A stretch of DNA of 50,692 bases from Rubricoccaceae bacterium. Its GTDB lineage: Bacteria > Actinomycetota > Actinomycetes > S36-B12. The notes below the pieces were generated by a model. That model worked only from the letters and a program-made list of their open reading frames with translations, made no database searches and had not been told where the DNA came from. Positions within the stretch are counted from its first letter, which is position 1, and every line of letters begins with the position of its first letter. Both the position numbers and the translations under genes were made by a program. Positions 28,226 through 37,600 of this stretch are shown one piece after another. Location of the stretch: assembly GCA_040381195.1 (NCBI GenBank), contig JBEIHR010000003.1, positions 1-50,692 of the forward strand. Reading direction: 5' to 3'.

Positions 28226-29182
28226 TCACCTCACACGGTGGCGCTTCGGGTAGGTCATGAGTGCGTGCCCCCAGGCGCTTGCATCTCGCCAGGCTCTGAT
28301 CGCTACCGGCGCACGTAGGGGGATGGCGACATCTGCGTAGTCCCCCGCTATCGCGGCCTCCTCACCAAACGTAGACGTCCGTGAATATGTCGAGCCGATA
28401 GACCCCGCCAGTACTTGCCAATCAACCATCGCGTCGAGGCCCGCGGTGGTGATTTCACGATCACCGACATCGTGATCGGTGACCCAGGGAAGGAAGCCCG
28501 TCTGCTCGGCAATGCCCATCCAACGCGACCGACCCTGGGGTGTATCGGCTGTGATGAAGAGGGACCGTGATCTTCCTTCGCCCATGAGCCGACGAAGCGC
28601 ACGCCTTATCTGAAGCGTGGTCGGTGCGTCGCGCGACCGATCGGTGCCTCGAATATGCAGCCCGTAGTAGGGCTCACGATCTGCGAGCGATTGGCGCACA
28701 CGCTCTCGAATCTCCACATGCCAGTCAAGGCTCCGGTAGAACTCACCCCTGCGCTCCCGGAAGTTCGTCGTCGTAGGGAGCGCAAATTTGCCACCAGCGA
28801 TGACCACGAGGGTGGAGGGAGACGCGGGGCCGTGGAGCTGATCGACGAGCCGCGCCATGAAGGACTGTTCACCCCGGTCGTGACCGGCGAGGATCAGAAG
28901 ACCTCGGTCATCGTCGCGAGTGAGATAGCGGGGCAGGTCCGAATGCTGTCCACCCACGATGTCGGTGACGGTGTCGGCCGAGATGAATCGGTCCCGGACG
29001 AATGCGGGATCGAAGAGGTCGTTGGCTGATGCTGATGCGATCCCCTCCTCCGGGTCCCACATCACGTGAAGATTCACACCCATGTCCTGCGCAAGAATCG
29101 CCGAACTCGCCCACGCTTGCAGGCGGTTGATGTACCCGTTCCGAGGGACGACGATCACCCGTTCCAGGCGACTGTCCGTCAT
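28226..29182 (-). CDS. Fucosyltransferase-like (GT11/GT23/O-FucT clan) GDP-sugar transferase
   Basis: NGYINRL, GLHIRGTD (motif I), LFITAD (motif II), DWQVL..STFG (motif III). Confidence 0.72.
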   Translation of the reverse strand: MTDSRLERVIVVPRNGYINRLQAWASSAILAQDMGVNLHVMWDPEEGIASASANDLFDPAFVRDRFISADTVTDIVGGQHSDLPRYLTRDDDRGLLILAGHDRGEQSFMARLVDQLHGPASPSTLVVIAGGKFALPTTTNFRERRGEFYRSLDWHVEIRERVRQSLADREPYYGLHIRGTDRSRDAPTTLQIRRALRRLMGEGRSRSLFITADTPQGRSRWMGIAEQTGFLPWVTDHDVGDREITTAGLDAMVDWQVLAGSIGSTYSRTSTFGEEAAIAGDYADVAIPLRAPVAIRAWRDASAWGHALMTYPKRHRVR

Positions 29183-29213
29183 CACATGCACTCCCACTCG
29201 TTGAGGTGCCCAA

Positions 29214-29223
29214 AGCCTAGGAT
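29214..29223. promoter_or_regulatory. Overlapping divergent -10 elements (TAGGCT on minus, TAGGAT on plus)
   Basis: AGCCTAGGAT; the plus element lies 6 nt before GTG 29230. Confidence 0.55.
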
Positions 29224-29229
29224 CGCCCT

Positions 29230-30321
29230 GTGCGGGTAGCCCTGGATGAGCAGATTTTCGCTATCCAGCCTTACGGTGGAATCTCGCGGATGTTTGCGGA
29301 GCTTGCCGATCAGTTCATTCGTGGGGGTCACGAGGACATTGATCTCCTTCCCCTCGACGCCACGATTGTGAATCGGTACGTGCTGGACTCTCCCACCTTG
29401 ACATCGCGACTCAGGGTCACGGAGGGACGTAACCAGTGGACCTCGCTAGCGCGCTATTTCACTCGGATGAGAATTCCCCGTGAAACAGAGATCGTGCACA
29501 ACACTTTCTACCTTCCCCATGGACTGGCACCAATTCGCGGCGCAAAACGCATCGTCACGGTGAACGACATGATCCCCGAGTTACTACCCCGGACCAGGCG
29601 CCGACTTGACTGGTTCACGCTGAAGAAGCAATACGTTGACTCCGCAGACCACATCATCTGCATTTCCGAGGCCACGAAGCAGGACCTCATCAAGGTATAT
29701 GGGCCCACTCAAGCCCCGATCAGCGTTGTGCACCTTGGTGTCGATTCGCGCTTTCATCCAAATGTCGAACGAGCGGATTTTCTCCCGGAGTCGTACGTGC
29801 TTTTCGTAGGTCACCGGGATCAGTACAAGGATGCCGATGTCCTCTTCCAGGCATTCGCGCGAATCGCTCGCGAGATTCCCGATATCCAGCTTCTCTGCGT
29901 GGGCGGCAACGGACTGACTCCGAACGAGGTGCGAAGGTTGGAGGACCTCGGAATTCGCCCGCGGGTCTCTCAAAGGCATCTCTCCGACTCCGACATGATT
30001 TCCGCCTATTCCCACGCCGACGTCTTCGTCTTCCCCTCACACTTTGAAGGTTTCGGTTTGACGGCTCTTGAAGCAATGGCATGCGGTGCACCCACCGTGC
30101 TCGCCGCGGCCACGAGTCTCCCCGAAGTCGGAGGTGATGCCGCGGCGTATTTCGAACCCGGCTCTGAAGCCGATCTCGCTCGGGTGATCCTGTCTGTGCT
30201 TGGCGACCCCTCACGCCGCAACGAACTCACGCGACGCGGACTGGCTCGGGCCGCCGAGTTCACGTGGGCGCGCACAGCAGTGAAGACGGCGCGCGTTTAT
30301 CGCGAGGCACTTGCGGCCTGA
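29230..30321 (+). CDS. GT4 glycosyltransferase (mannosyltransferase-like)
   Basis: QPYGGISRMF, FVGHRDQYK, FPSHFEGFGLTALEAMACG, SLPEVGGDAA. Confidence 0.92.
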   Translation: MRVALDEQIFAIQPYGGISRMFAELADQFIRGGHEDIDLLPLDATIVNRYVLDSPTLTSRLRVTEGRNQWTSLARYFTRMRIPRETEIVHNTFYLPHGLAPIRGAKRIVTVNDMIPELLPRTRRRLDWFTLKKQYVDSADHIICISEATKQDLIKVYGPTQAPISVVHLGVDSRFHPNVERADFLPESYVLFVGHRDQYKDADVLFQAFARIAREIPDIQLLCVGGNGLTPNEVRRLEDLGIRPRVSQRHLSDSDMISAYSHADVFVFPSHFEGFGLTALEAMACGAPTVLAAATSLPEVGGDAAAYFEPGSEADLARVILSVLGDPSRRNELTRRGLARAAEFTWARTAVKTARVYREALAA

Positions 30322-30336
30322 GTTGGATAGTCTGCT

Positions 30337-31866
30337 GTGACCGTGGATGCCACTAGGAATGTCCGCCGTGCGGAGCATGCATCGCTTGAGGAGTACCTGA
30401 GCACGGCATTGACTCCACGTCAGCGCGAGCGAGTCCTGATCGTGTCGTTTAGTCAGTGGTCGATCGCTACAGCGACAGTAGGTGAGATCGCGGCGACACT
30501 TCACGAGATGGGTACGTTACCGATCATCGGACTCTGGGCGGATCAAACACCGCTTCGCGATGTGGGGTGGACTACGAGTCGAGTGCTCTCGCGATTGTTC
30601 GTGTCGCCGTCGCGTGATGACCGTCTTCGGAGGGGATTGGAGAATTTCGGTCTTCCGTCGGAGGCTTTCGTATCGCCACCGATCCGACATTGGCGCCCCG
30701 CTGACCCGCTACCGCGTCCTACGGCGTACATCCGTTCGGCAATTCGCGAGGTCACATACCGAGGTGCAAGGGTGGGCCGAGCTCTCCTGCAAGTTCATCC
30801 GGACCGCGAGACTCCTGTCACCGATGAGCACGTCTGGCCGAAGCGCTGGGTTGATGCATGCATCCGGAGCTTCGCATATGCCTATGACCAGACTGCGCAG
30901 GTAATCGCCGATCAACAAGCGACCGCTGCTGTGGTCTTCAATGGTCGTTTTCTGCATGACAGTGCCGTCGCGGGCGCAGCTGAGCATGCGGGAATTCCCG
31001 TCCTGTCCTTCGACTCGGGTGGTAATGACACGGACTTCGACTTGACGATCGACGCAACCCACGATTGGTCCGCCTTGCAGGGTCGTATGCGACGGATGTA
31101 CGAGACGTGGGATCCCGCTGAACGGGATCGCATCGGCGGGCAGTGGTTCGAGGAGCGACTCGATCATGTGGATCCACGTAATGCGCTCTTCGTCGAAAGC
31201 CAGACCGTAGGTAAGGGGCTCGAGGGTGCCGAGGGACAGCGAATGGTGGTCTACTTCTCGTCGTCGGGTGACGAGATCTCGGAACTCGACCTCGACTGGG
31301 GGGACTACTTCCATGGACAGCCAGGAGCGCTTCTCGAACTCGCCCGGGTCTGTCGTGGTCTGCCGGACACCTTCTTTGTAGTGCGGACCCACCCGCATAA
31401 GCGAATGAAGCCTGCGCGCGATGTCGAAGAGTGGCACCAGGCGGTACGTGAGGCGGCTCCGGATCTTCACCTGGACGAATACTCAGATATTGATTCCTAC
31501 ACCCTCATGCGGCAGGCCGATGTCGTGGTGACCTATGGATCGACAACGGGTGTCGAAGCTGCCTACGCCGGGAAACCGGTCATCGTCATGGGGCCGTCTG
31601 CCTACGACGAACTGGGGTGTGCGATTCGAGTCTCGGACACGCGAGGCATTGAAGATGCTCTGCGCGCTGCAACTCCTGGCGATGCGTCGGGCGCGATCGC
31701 GTATGGACTCATGATGCGCCGCCGAGGTTTTCTCGCCCGCCATGTCACCGTGGACGGAGGTCGGGAGATCCTGGCCGGTGAACCGATCGTCGAGTCACGG
31801 CCGCTGGTGCTCAAATTGAGCGACATTGTGAACCGCGTGACGCGCGCACGCCTGCTCCGACGTTAG
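30337..31866 (+). CDS. Capsule_synth (KpsS/KpsC-like) protein, putative CMP-ulosonic acid transferase
   Basis: VFNGRF, YFSSSGDE, VVRTHP, DSYTLM, YGSTTGVEAAY; the HP and ST.G.EA motifs are typical of CMP-sugar transferases. Confidence 0.65.
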   Translation: MTVDATRNVRRAEHASLEEYLSTALTPRQRERVLIVSFSQWSIATATVGEIAATLHEMGTLPIIGLWADQTPLRDVGWTTSRVLSRLFVSPSRDDRLRRGLENFGLPSEAFVSPPIRHWRPADPLPRPTAYIRSAIREVTYRGARVGRALLQVHPDRETPVTDEHVWPKRWVDACIRSFAYAYDQTAQVIADQQATAAVVFNGRFLHDSAVAGAAEHAGIPVLSFDSGGNDTDFDLTIDATHDWSALQGRMRRMYETWDPAERDRIGGQWFEERLDHVDPRNALFVESQTVGKGLEGAEGQRMVVYFSSSGDEISELDLDWGDYFHGQPGALLELARVCRGLPDTFFVVRTHPHKRMKPARDVEEWHQAVREAAPDLHLDEYSDIDSYTLMRQADVVVTYGSTTGVEAAYAGKPVIVMGPSAYDELGCAIRVSDTRGIEDALRAATPGDASGAIAYGLMMRRRGFLARHVTVDGGREILAGEPIVESRPLVLKLSDIVNRVTRARLLRR

Positions 31867-32969
31867 GACGCCACCGCGTCACGCACTTGCGACACAACTG
31901 CCCAGGGCGGGTAGAAGTCCGCGGAGGGGCTGTAAGGGAGAACTGACACTGCGGGTGTGAGCAACGCGAGGATGAGAAGAAGCGCCATAATCGGATAGAG
32001 CCCGGTTGAACGTCCCTGGGCGTCTGAGGACTCGCGAGAGCGGTGTAGCCACTCGCGGCTTGCCAGGACGAACGCAAGACTGCTCGAGGCAACCGCGACG
32101 CGTGTTCCATCAAGGGTGACGAGTGTGAAAAGGAGCGGGATCATGATCAACCCGAGGAAGACCAGCAGTCTCTGTGGCGCCCGGGAGGGAGTGAGGACTA
32201 CCGCAATGACGACGATCCACGCGCCGGCGAACATCGAGGCTACGGTGAGGGGCAGCCATCCGATATTGAAAGCGAACGAGTTGGCGGCGTTTGCGAACAG
32301 AAGTTGTAGGCGGCTCTCCGTCCCAGGGGCGTCTCCAAGAAGTCGCGCGAGCGACACGAGCACGATGAAGACGGCGGACAACCCCAGTGCACCCGCCCCC
32401 CTGCGAGTGACGTAGGCCGACTGGAGCCCTAATCCGACCAGCGTCGCAGCGAGGCCTGCGACAACACCCATCTCCGGATTCGCAGAGGCCACCATGACCG
32501 CACCTATCCACCACGAGCGTCGCCCCAACACGGCGATGAGGAGGACACCAGACAAAAACAGCCCGTCGTAGAAGCCGATCCAACCGGTGAGTCGAAAGGG
32601 GATTGAGGAGGCGGCGATGGCGAGGAGGAAAACTCGGGCATAGGGATCTCCCATGGCCCTGCGTGCGCGTACGACCGTCACCACGATCGACACCGCAATC
32701 ACGCCGATCCATAGAGCGCTCCAGCCGATTCCCCCCGTGATCCCGACCCGGGCGGGAGCGAGCCAGCCGAGGGAGGAGTCCCATCCGCTCCCTCCCGGCC
32801 AGTTGCGGGCGACGGCGAGGAACTCCGCATCAGGGGTCCACGGCCACCGAGCTCCGGTGTGGAGAACAACGACGAGCAGCAGTCCCAGGACGAAGACCGA
32901 ATAGCGCACCCGTGCTAGTGAGCGACCGAGTGCGGAAAGTCCGGTGATCCCCGGCAGTTCAGGGGCCAT
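31863..32969 (-). CDS. Hypothetical polytopic membrane protein (possible GT-C)
   Basis: About 9-10 hydrophobic segments; TPDAEF loop, WIGFYDG, LDGTRV; start at ATG 32969 overlapping the upstream gene end. Confidence 0.55.
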   Translation of the reverse strand: MAPELPGITGLSALGRSLARVRYSVFVLGLLLVVVLHTGARWPWTPDAEFLAVARNWPGGSGWDSSLGWLAPARVGITGGIGWSALWIGVIAVSIVVTVVRARRAMGDPYARVFLLAIAASSIPFRLTGWIGFYDGLFLSGVLLIAVLGRRSWWIGAVMVASANPEMGVVAGLAATLVGLGLQSAYVTRRGAGALGLSAVFIVLVSLARLLGDAPGTESRLQLLFANAANSFAFNIGWLPLTVASMFAGAWIVVIAVVLTPSRAPQRLLVFLGLIMIPLLFTLVTLDGTRVAVASSSLAFVLASREWLHRSRESSDAQGRSTGLYPIMALLLILALLTPAVSVLPYSPSADFYPPWAVVSQVRDAVAS

Positions 32970-34014
32970 CAACCGTTCCCACCGGCGCAACCCCGAGGAG
33001 CTGCTCGAGTCTCGGCGTCACGATCGCTGGGCGGAACATGTCCCCGCGCTGTCGACGGGCGAGGGGATTCGAAGGGTCATTCCCGCGTGCGATGTCTCGG
33101 AGGCGTCGGCGCAGATCGCGCGGCCCGCGGTAGAGCCCGCCCAGACCCTCCAGCATGTCCACCTGCGCCTGATCGTCACCGCCGCGCCAGGCCAAGACGG
33201 GAATACCTATCTGCAATGCCTCGGCGATTGCGACACCGAAAGCCTCACCCTGTCCACGTGCGGTCACGAAAACGTTGGCCATGGCGATGATGCTCGCCTT
33301 TTCGACGGGATCCAGCACCCTAGGGAGGAAGATTGCGCGATCGTGCGAGGTGAAGCGATCGGTGTTGAGTCCGATGAAGTACCACGACGGATTGCGATCG
33401 AGCTCTGCCAGGATGACTTCACGTGCCCATGGAATGTCGAACGTATCTGGTGCACCGAAACGCAGGATTACAAACGCATCATCCGGTACTCCGATCTGGG
33501 TGCGGTAATCAGTCTGCGGCGGCGATGTATCCACGATGAGGTCGAGATGCTCGAAGTCCAGAGCATCGACGCAGCCAGCTGCAATTGCCGCCCGACCCCG
33601 TGCAGGGAGCCCGGCACGGCGACCATCCCTACCTTCGACAGCCTTTCGCACCGCATTGGCAAGCCACGCGGAGATGTAGACGTAGCGCGACCCATGCGGT
33701 TGATAGTTCTGGAAGACAGAATGGATAAGCGAGTGTCCCTCGGCCAGGTAGATCCCATCGTCGTCTCCCGCCTTGATGAAGTAGCCGTGGTCGAAATCAC
33801 GGGCGGAATTGGGTAATGAGTACCGGTCCGTGTGAGGGTGCAGGGGAAACTCGTCACCGATCCGATGGACGATCTCGGGAACATTGGCGGGGGATTCACT
33901 CCAGTAGGAGATCTCCACCGCGTGTCCCCGTGCTCGCAATGCTCGCCCGTAATCCACGAGCGACGTGGTGGTGCCGCGCTCGCAGAGTTGATTATCGTGA
34001 AGGAGTATCCGCAC
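32959..34014 (-). CDS. GT4-like glycosyltransferase
   Basis: HDNQLCERGTT, TFDIPW, ARGQGEAFGVAIAEAL (EX7E motif). Confidence 0.8.
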   Translation of the reverse strand: MRILLHDNQLCERGTTTSLVDYGRALRARGHAVEISYWSESPANVPEIVHRIGDEFPLHPHTDRYSLPNSARDFDHGYFIKAGDDDGIYLAEGHSLIHSVFQNYQPHGSRYVYISAWLANAVRKAVEGRDGRRAGLPARGRAAIAAGCVDALDFEHLDLIVDTSPPQTDYRTQIGVPDDAFVILRFGAPDTFDIPWAREVILAELDRNPSWYFIGLNTDRFTSHDRAIFLPRVLDPVEKASIIAMANVFVTARGQGEAFGVAIAEALQIGIPVLAWRGGDDQAQVDMLEGLGGLYRGPRDLRRRLRDIARGNDPSNPLARRQRGDMFRPAIVTPRLEQLLGVAPVGTVDGP

Positions 34015-34156
34015 TCAGGAACCGAGTCCTTCCATGTGAGCCGCAGTCAGGCACCAGCATAGGTAGCCCTTGAGTGCCGAGTTGGCTCGTCCGAGCCACG
34101 ACGCGGCCGCTAGCCTTGCCCGCTAGCCCGGACACTTGCTGATGGTGGGGAGCACC

Positions 34157-35362
34157 GTGACGACGTCGAATCAGGAGTCGCTGGTCGACGCATCCTCCCC
34201 CCGCCTTTCATCAATGACCAATCTCGTCCTCCTCGCAATCACATGGCTTGTGACCCGAGGTGTGTTGATGGGCGCCACCCTGAGTGGAGTCGTTCCCGGT
34301 GACATCCTCGCGTACGAACGCTGGGCGGATCTCCTGCGCGCGGGTCAGGCACCTGCGCAGGACACGGCCTTCGTCTATCCGCCGGGGAGCGCGATCGTCT
34401 TCCTCGGTGGAGGAGCCATGAGCGATACCTCGTACTTCCGATCGTTCACCTTTCTCGCGTTGATCGCGGACCTCATCCTGGTGATCGCACTCGTCGTGTT
34501 TGGGCGCCGCAGCACGCAGGGGTCAATGGTCGGGCCATGGGCGTGGGTCATCCTCGGTTTCGCGGCTGGCCCGATCATGCTGGAGCGCTACGACATCTTC
34601 GCCGCGGTGTTCGGTGCTATCGCTGTACTCACGTTGGGTCGTCCTGCGGTTTCTGGCGCGCTCGCGGCGTTGGGTTTCCTGCTGAAGATCTGGCCGGAGA
34701 TCGCGATACTCGGCCTCCCTCGCCGACGAATGCTGCCTGCACTTGCCGTGAATATCGCGGTCATCGCAGTGGGTTGGGTTCTATTGCAGGTGCTATTCGG
34801 GAACTCTTTTGGGTTCGTTCCGAATGTTCTGGTGAAGGGCGTCTCAGTCGAAGCGGTTGTCGCCTATCCGTTCCTAGTAATTCGCGAGTTTGCCGGGATA
34901 TACGGAGTCACGGGCCAGTTTGGAAGCTGGGAAGTCGTCGGGCCGGGAATGGCGACGATCGGGAGCATCAGTACGGCCGCGGGCGTCGTGGCCCTGGCGA
35001 TTCTGCTGTTCTTGCGCTTTCGTGGGGTTTTGGATCAGGTTCCCCCCGGTGACATAGTTCTGCTCGGCGTACTCGTTTTCGTCGTAACCCACAAGATCAA
35101 CTCGCTGCAGTATGGCGTGTGGATTGCGGCGATGGTGGCCGCCGCTCTTGCCTACCGGGCGAGTCGTTGCCTGGGACCAGCAATACTTCTTGGCGCGATG
35201 CTCGTGGTCACGAACGACGTGATCTGGGCCCAGTTCGTTCCTTTCATCAGTGGGAACGCGTTACTGCTCGGATTCCAGGGTGTGCGCCTTGTGCTTCTGC
35301 TCGCTGCCGCCGTCTGGCTTGCACTCACGATGAGGCGCGGCGCCTCATTTTCGAAGGTGTAG
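34157..35362 (+). CDS. GT87/DUF2029-like polyprenol-phosphate-sugar-dependent glycosyltransferase
   Basis: GDILAY, FVYPP, ERYD, LLKIWP, KINSLQY..W; polytopic. Start uncertain between 34136 and 34157. Confidence 0.8.
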   Translation: MTTSNQESLVDASSPRLSSMTNLVLLAITWLVTRGVLMGATLSGVVPGDILAYERWADLLRAGQAPAQDTAFVYPPGSAIVFLGGGAMSDTSYFRSFTFLALIADLILVIALVVFGRRSTQGSMVGPWAWVILGFAAGPIMLERYDIFAAVFGAIAVLTLGRPAVSGALAALGFLLKIWPEIAILGLPRRRMLPALAVNIAVIAVGWVLLQVLFGNSFGFVPNVLVKGVSVEAVVAYPFLVIREFAGIYGVTGQFGSWEVVGPGMATIGSISTAAGVVALAILLFLRFRGVLDQVPPGDIVLLGVLVFVVTHKINSLQYGVWIAAMVAAALAYRASRCLGPAILLGAMLVVTNDVIWAQFVPFISGNALLLGFQGVRLVLLLAAAVWLALTMRRGASFSKV

Positions 35363-36304
35363 CGACGCACGGACCTTTCTTAGGAAGAGCCGTCCGAGTT
35401 CGGAGTAGGAAAGGTAGGGGGCAAGTGCGGCCGGCTTGTCGGCTTCCAGGGATATCAGCCCCAGGCCGCGAGCGAAATTCGAATTGACCACTGCGGCCAC
35501 GTAGCCGCGAGACATATCGTCGACTGTAATGCCCCTCAGGATGTACTCGAGATGCTGTCCTTCATGATGGAACACCTTCACCAGCGGTTCCCGGGAGTGC
35601 AAAGTGATAGGTAACTGTGCCTGTAGCCAGAATGTGTACCAACTGAACTCGTAGGGAGCCACGCGCAGAGCGTCCATGTACGTCCAGCCCCGCGGCGCGA
35701 GGAAGTCACGGACAAAACTTTCGAGCACGATCGAACTCATCACCTGGTGTCCGTGGCATGTGCGGAGGATCGGATCCTCCAGCCCGACGGAGTCGGCGAT
35801 ACGACGAAGGGCACTCGCGCGCGAGTTCCAATACTGATCGAAGTATCGGGGTTCGACTTTCAGTTCGTTGTCTTCCACCATCACCGTGTAGGGAGTTCCG
35901 TCGGGCGCGAGAAAGTCACGCGCATACAGGTTTCGAAGAATGACGGCGTCCGAGTCGATGCAGAAGTACGACTCAGCAAGCCCCAACTCCCAAAAGGCTA
36001 GTTTCACGATCTCCTGGTTGATGTAGCCGGGACGAATCCCGTGCACATCCTCCGAAGTGAAGTAGGGAGTAAACACAGCCTCGTCGAAGATCGTCACGGT
36101 CGAGGACGCCAGCGGAGCGAACAGGTCGAGGTCTTCCGTGGGCACGACACAGTAGAGCGGCAACCCCTCCGGATTGTGCTTTTCGAAGCTCGCGATAAGC
36201 CTGCGGGCATACTCGACATCGCCTCGGTAGGACTTCAGGAGTAGTCCCAGCGGGTCAGTAGCAACTCGTCCGGGGACGACGAGACTGCCCGGGCGCGTGC
36301 TCAC
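35345..36304 (-). CDS. DUF6492-like GT-A fold protein
   Basis: LKSYRGD, GYINQEIVKLAF, FCIDSD (DxD), YEFSWY; GTGA coupling. Confidence 0.7.
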   Translation of the reverse strand: MSTRPGSLVVPGRVATDPLGLLLKSYRGDVEYARRLIASFEKHNPEGLPLYCVVPTEDLDLFAPLASSTVTIFDEAVFTPYFTSEDVHGIRPGYINQEIVKLAFWELGLAESYFCIDSDAVILRNLYARDFLAPDGTPYTVMVEDNELKVEPRYFDQYWNSRASALRRIADSVGLEDPILRTCHGHQVMSSIVLESFVRDFLAPRGWTYMDALRVAPYEFSWYTFWLQAQLPITLHSREPLVKVFHHEGQHLEYILRGITVDDMSRGYVAAVVNSNFARGLGLISLEADKPAALAPYLSYSELGRLFLRKVRASLHLRK

Positions 36305-37596
36305 GCGGGTTCCAACACCGTGGGAACAAGGAGTTCGTGCTCGATAAGTTCATTGACCAACGCTCGTATGACGGACTCGGATTCCCCGCACATCTCAGCT
36401 ATGTCGACCACGGAGTGCCGACCATCGGCGTACGCCAAGACATGCGTGCGGAGCAGGACCTCGTCTGCCACCGTGCGCGCGTGCATCGTGTGATAGAGAC
36501 CGCGTCGGCCGAGTTGGGGCTCGCCTAGAACGGTGGAGCGGTAATAGTCGGACCCCTCAAGTTCATTCACACACTCACGGACCAGATCAAGACCACCCTG
36601 GAGTCCTGCGGGGGTGACAACCGTGAAGTCGTCCAAGTGCGTGTGGTACTCCGGATACGAGCCGTACTTCGTACGCATCAGGGAGATCATCGGAAGGTCG
36701 ACACCGGGCATGCAGTAGTGGCGCTCATCGCTCCCTCTATCGAGATACGAGTATTCGACTGCTCTAGGTCGAGTGCGTACGACTCTGCGCGCGATGCGAT
36801 CCAGAGGCGTGTTCCCTAGGCGACTCGCCAGGTAGGAGTAGTCACCTTCGTCCCCGACACATGTCAGGTTGATTCCGGCAACCACCGACTTCCGAAGGTG
36901 GTCAAGATTCTCAGCGATGTACGTGATCGCGCCGATGGTCTCTGGTGCGAAGACGAAACGGTACGTGTACCGGCGGGGTCGTTGCATGAGCCACAGTGCG
37001 AGGCCGATGGACACGAGGGGTCCGGATAACTCGTTGTTCGCTAAGGAGGGGTGACACACGTAGGTGGAGATCAGGATCTCGGACTCGGAATCGCCGGGAA
37101 GGACGAGATCGGCAAATGTCAGGTGACCGGGCTCGAGTCGACCATCCACCACCGCGCGGTAGGTGCCGTCCACCAGGGAGTCCCGCTGTTCCTGGGTAAT
37201 GCAAAAGCCCCAGGTCCTGTTGTAGTAGCTCGTCACATACGGGATCGCCGTCGGAAGGTCAGGATCGGAGTGAAGGTGGTGCTGCAGTTCGGCGAGTGAA
37301 AGTGAGCGTTCTCCCGGCTCCGAGTAGCTCACAAGGTGCACATTGCAGTCTCGGATGTCGGCGAATCGCGAGCCCTGAGGGTCGAGCAGGTAGGCGTTGT
37401 GGATGTTCCACTCGTCGGGGATCGTCCAGTCCAAGACGCTGCGCCCCGTGGGTACCTCGTGCATGCGCAGGCCTGGAAGGTACTCGGCGATGATGGCAAG
37501 GGTCTGACGAACGCCGTCACCCGTGAGGCTGCGGTGTAACGGGAAGAGTCGTGTCCCTAGATCGTGGAGGAACTTCCCATCGTTGCCCGACGGCAC
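36301..37596 (-). CDS. DUF4910/DUF2172 aminopeptidase-like protein with C-terminal winged helix
   Basis: RSLTGDGVRQTL, DWTIPDEW, IPYVTSYY, CHPSLANNELSG, PETIG, GSDER, EYHT, EPQLGRRGLY. Confidence 0.9.
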   Translation of the reverse strand: MPSGNDGKFLHDLGTRLFPLHRSLTGDGVRQTLAIIAEYLPGLRMHEVPTGRSVLDWTIPDEWNIHNAYLLDPQGSRFADIRDCNVHLVSYSEPGERSLSLAELQHHLHSDPDLPTAIPYVTSYYNRTWGFCITQEQRDSLVDGTYRAVVDGRLEPGHLTFADLVLPGDSESEILISTYVCHPSLANNELSGPLVSIGLALWLMQRPRRYTYRFVFAPETIGAITYIAENLDHLRKSVVAGINLTCVGDEGDYSYLASRLGNTPLDRIARRVVRTRPRAVEYSYLDRGSDERHYCMPGVDLPMISLMRTKYGSYPEYHTHLDDFTVVTPAGLQGGLDLVRECVNELEGSDYYRSTVLGEPQLGRRGLYHTMHARTVADEVLLRTHVLAYADGRHSVVDIAEMCGESESVIRALVNELIEHELLVPTVLEPA

Positions 37597-37600
37597 GTGC

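Noticed and set aside
30328-30333. TAGTCT as a leaderless promoter for 30337
   Set aside because: Spacing is 3 or 9 nt to the in-frame GTGs, outside the 6-7 nt pattern; not counted
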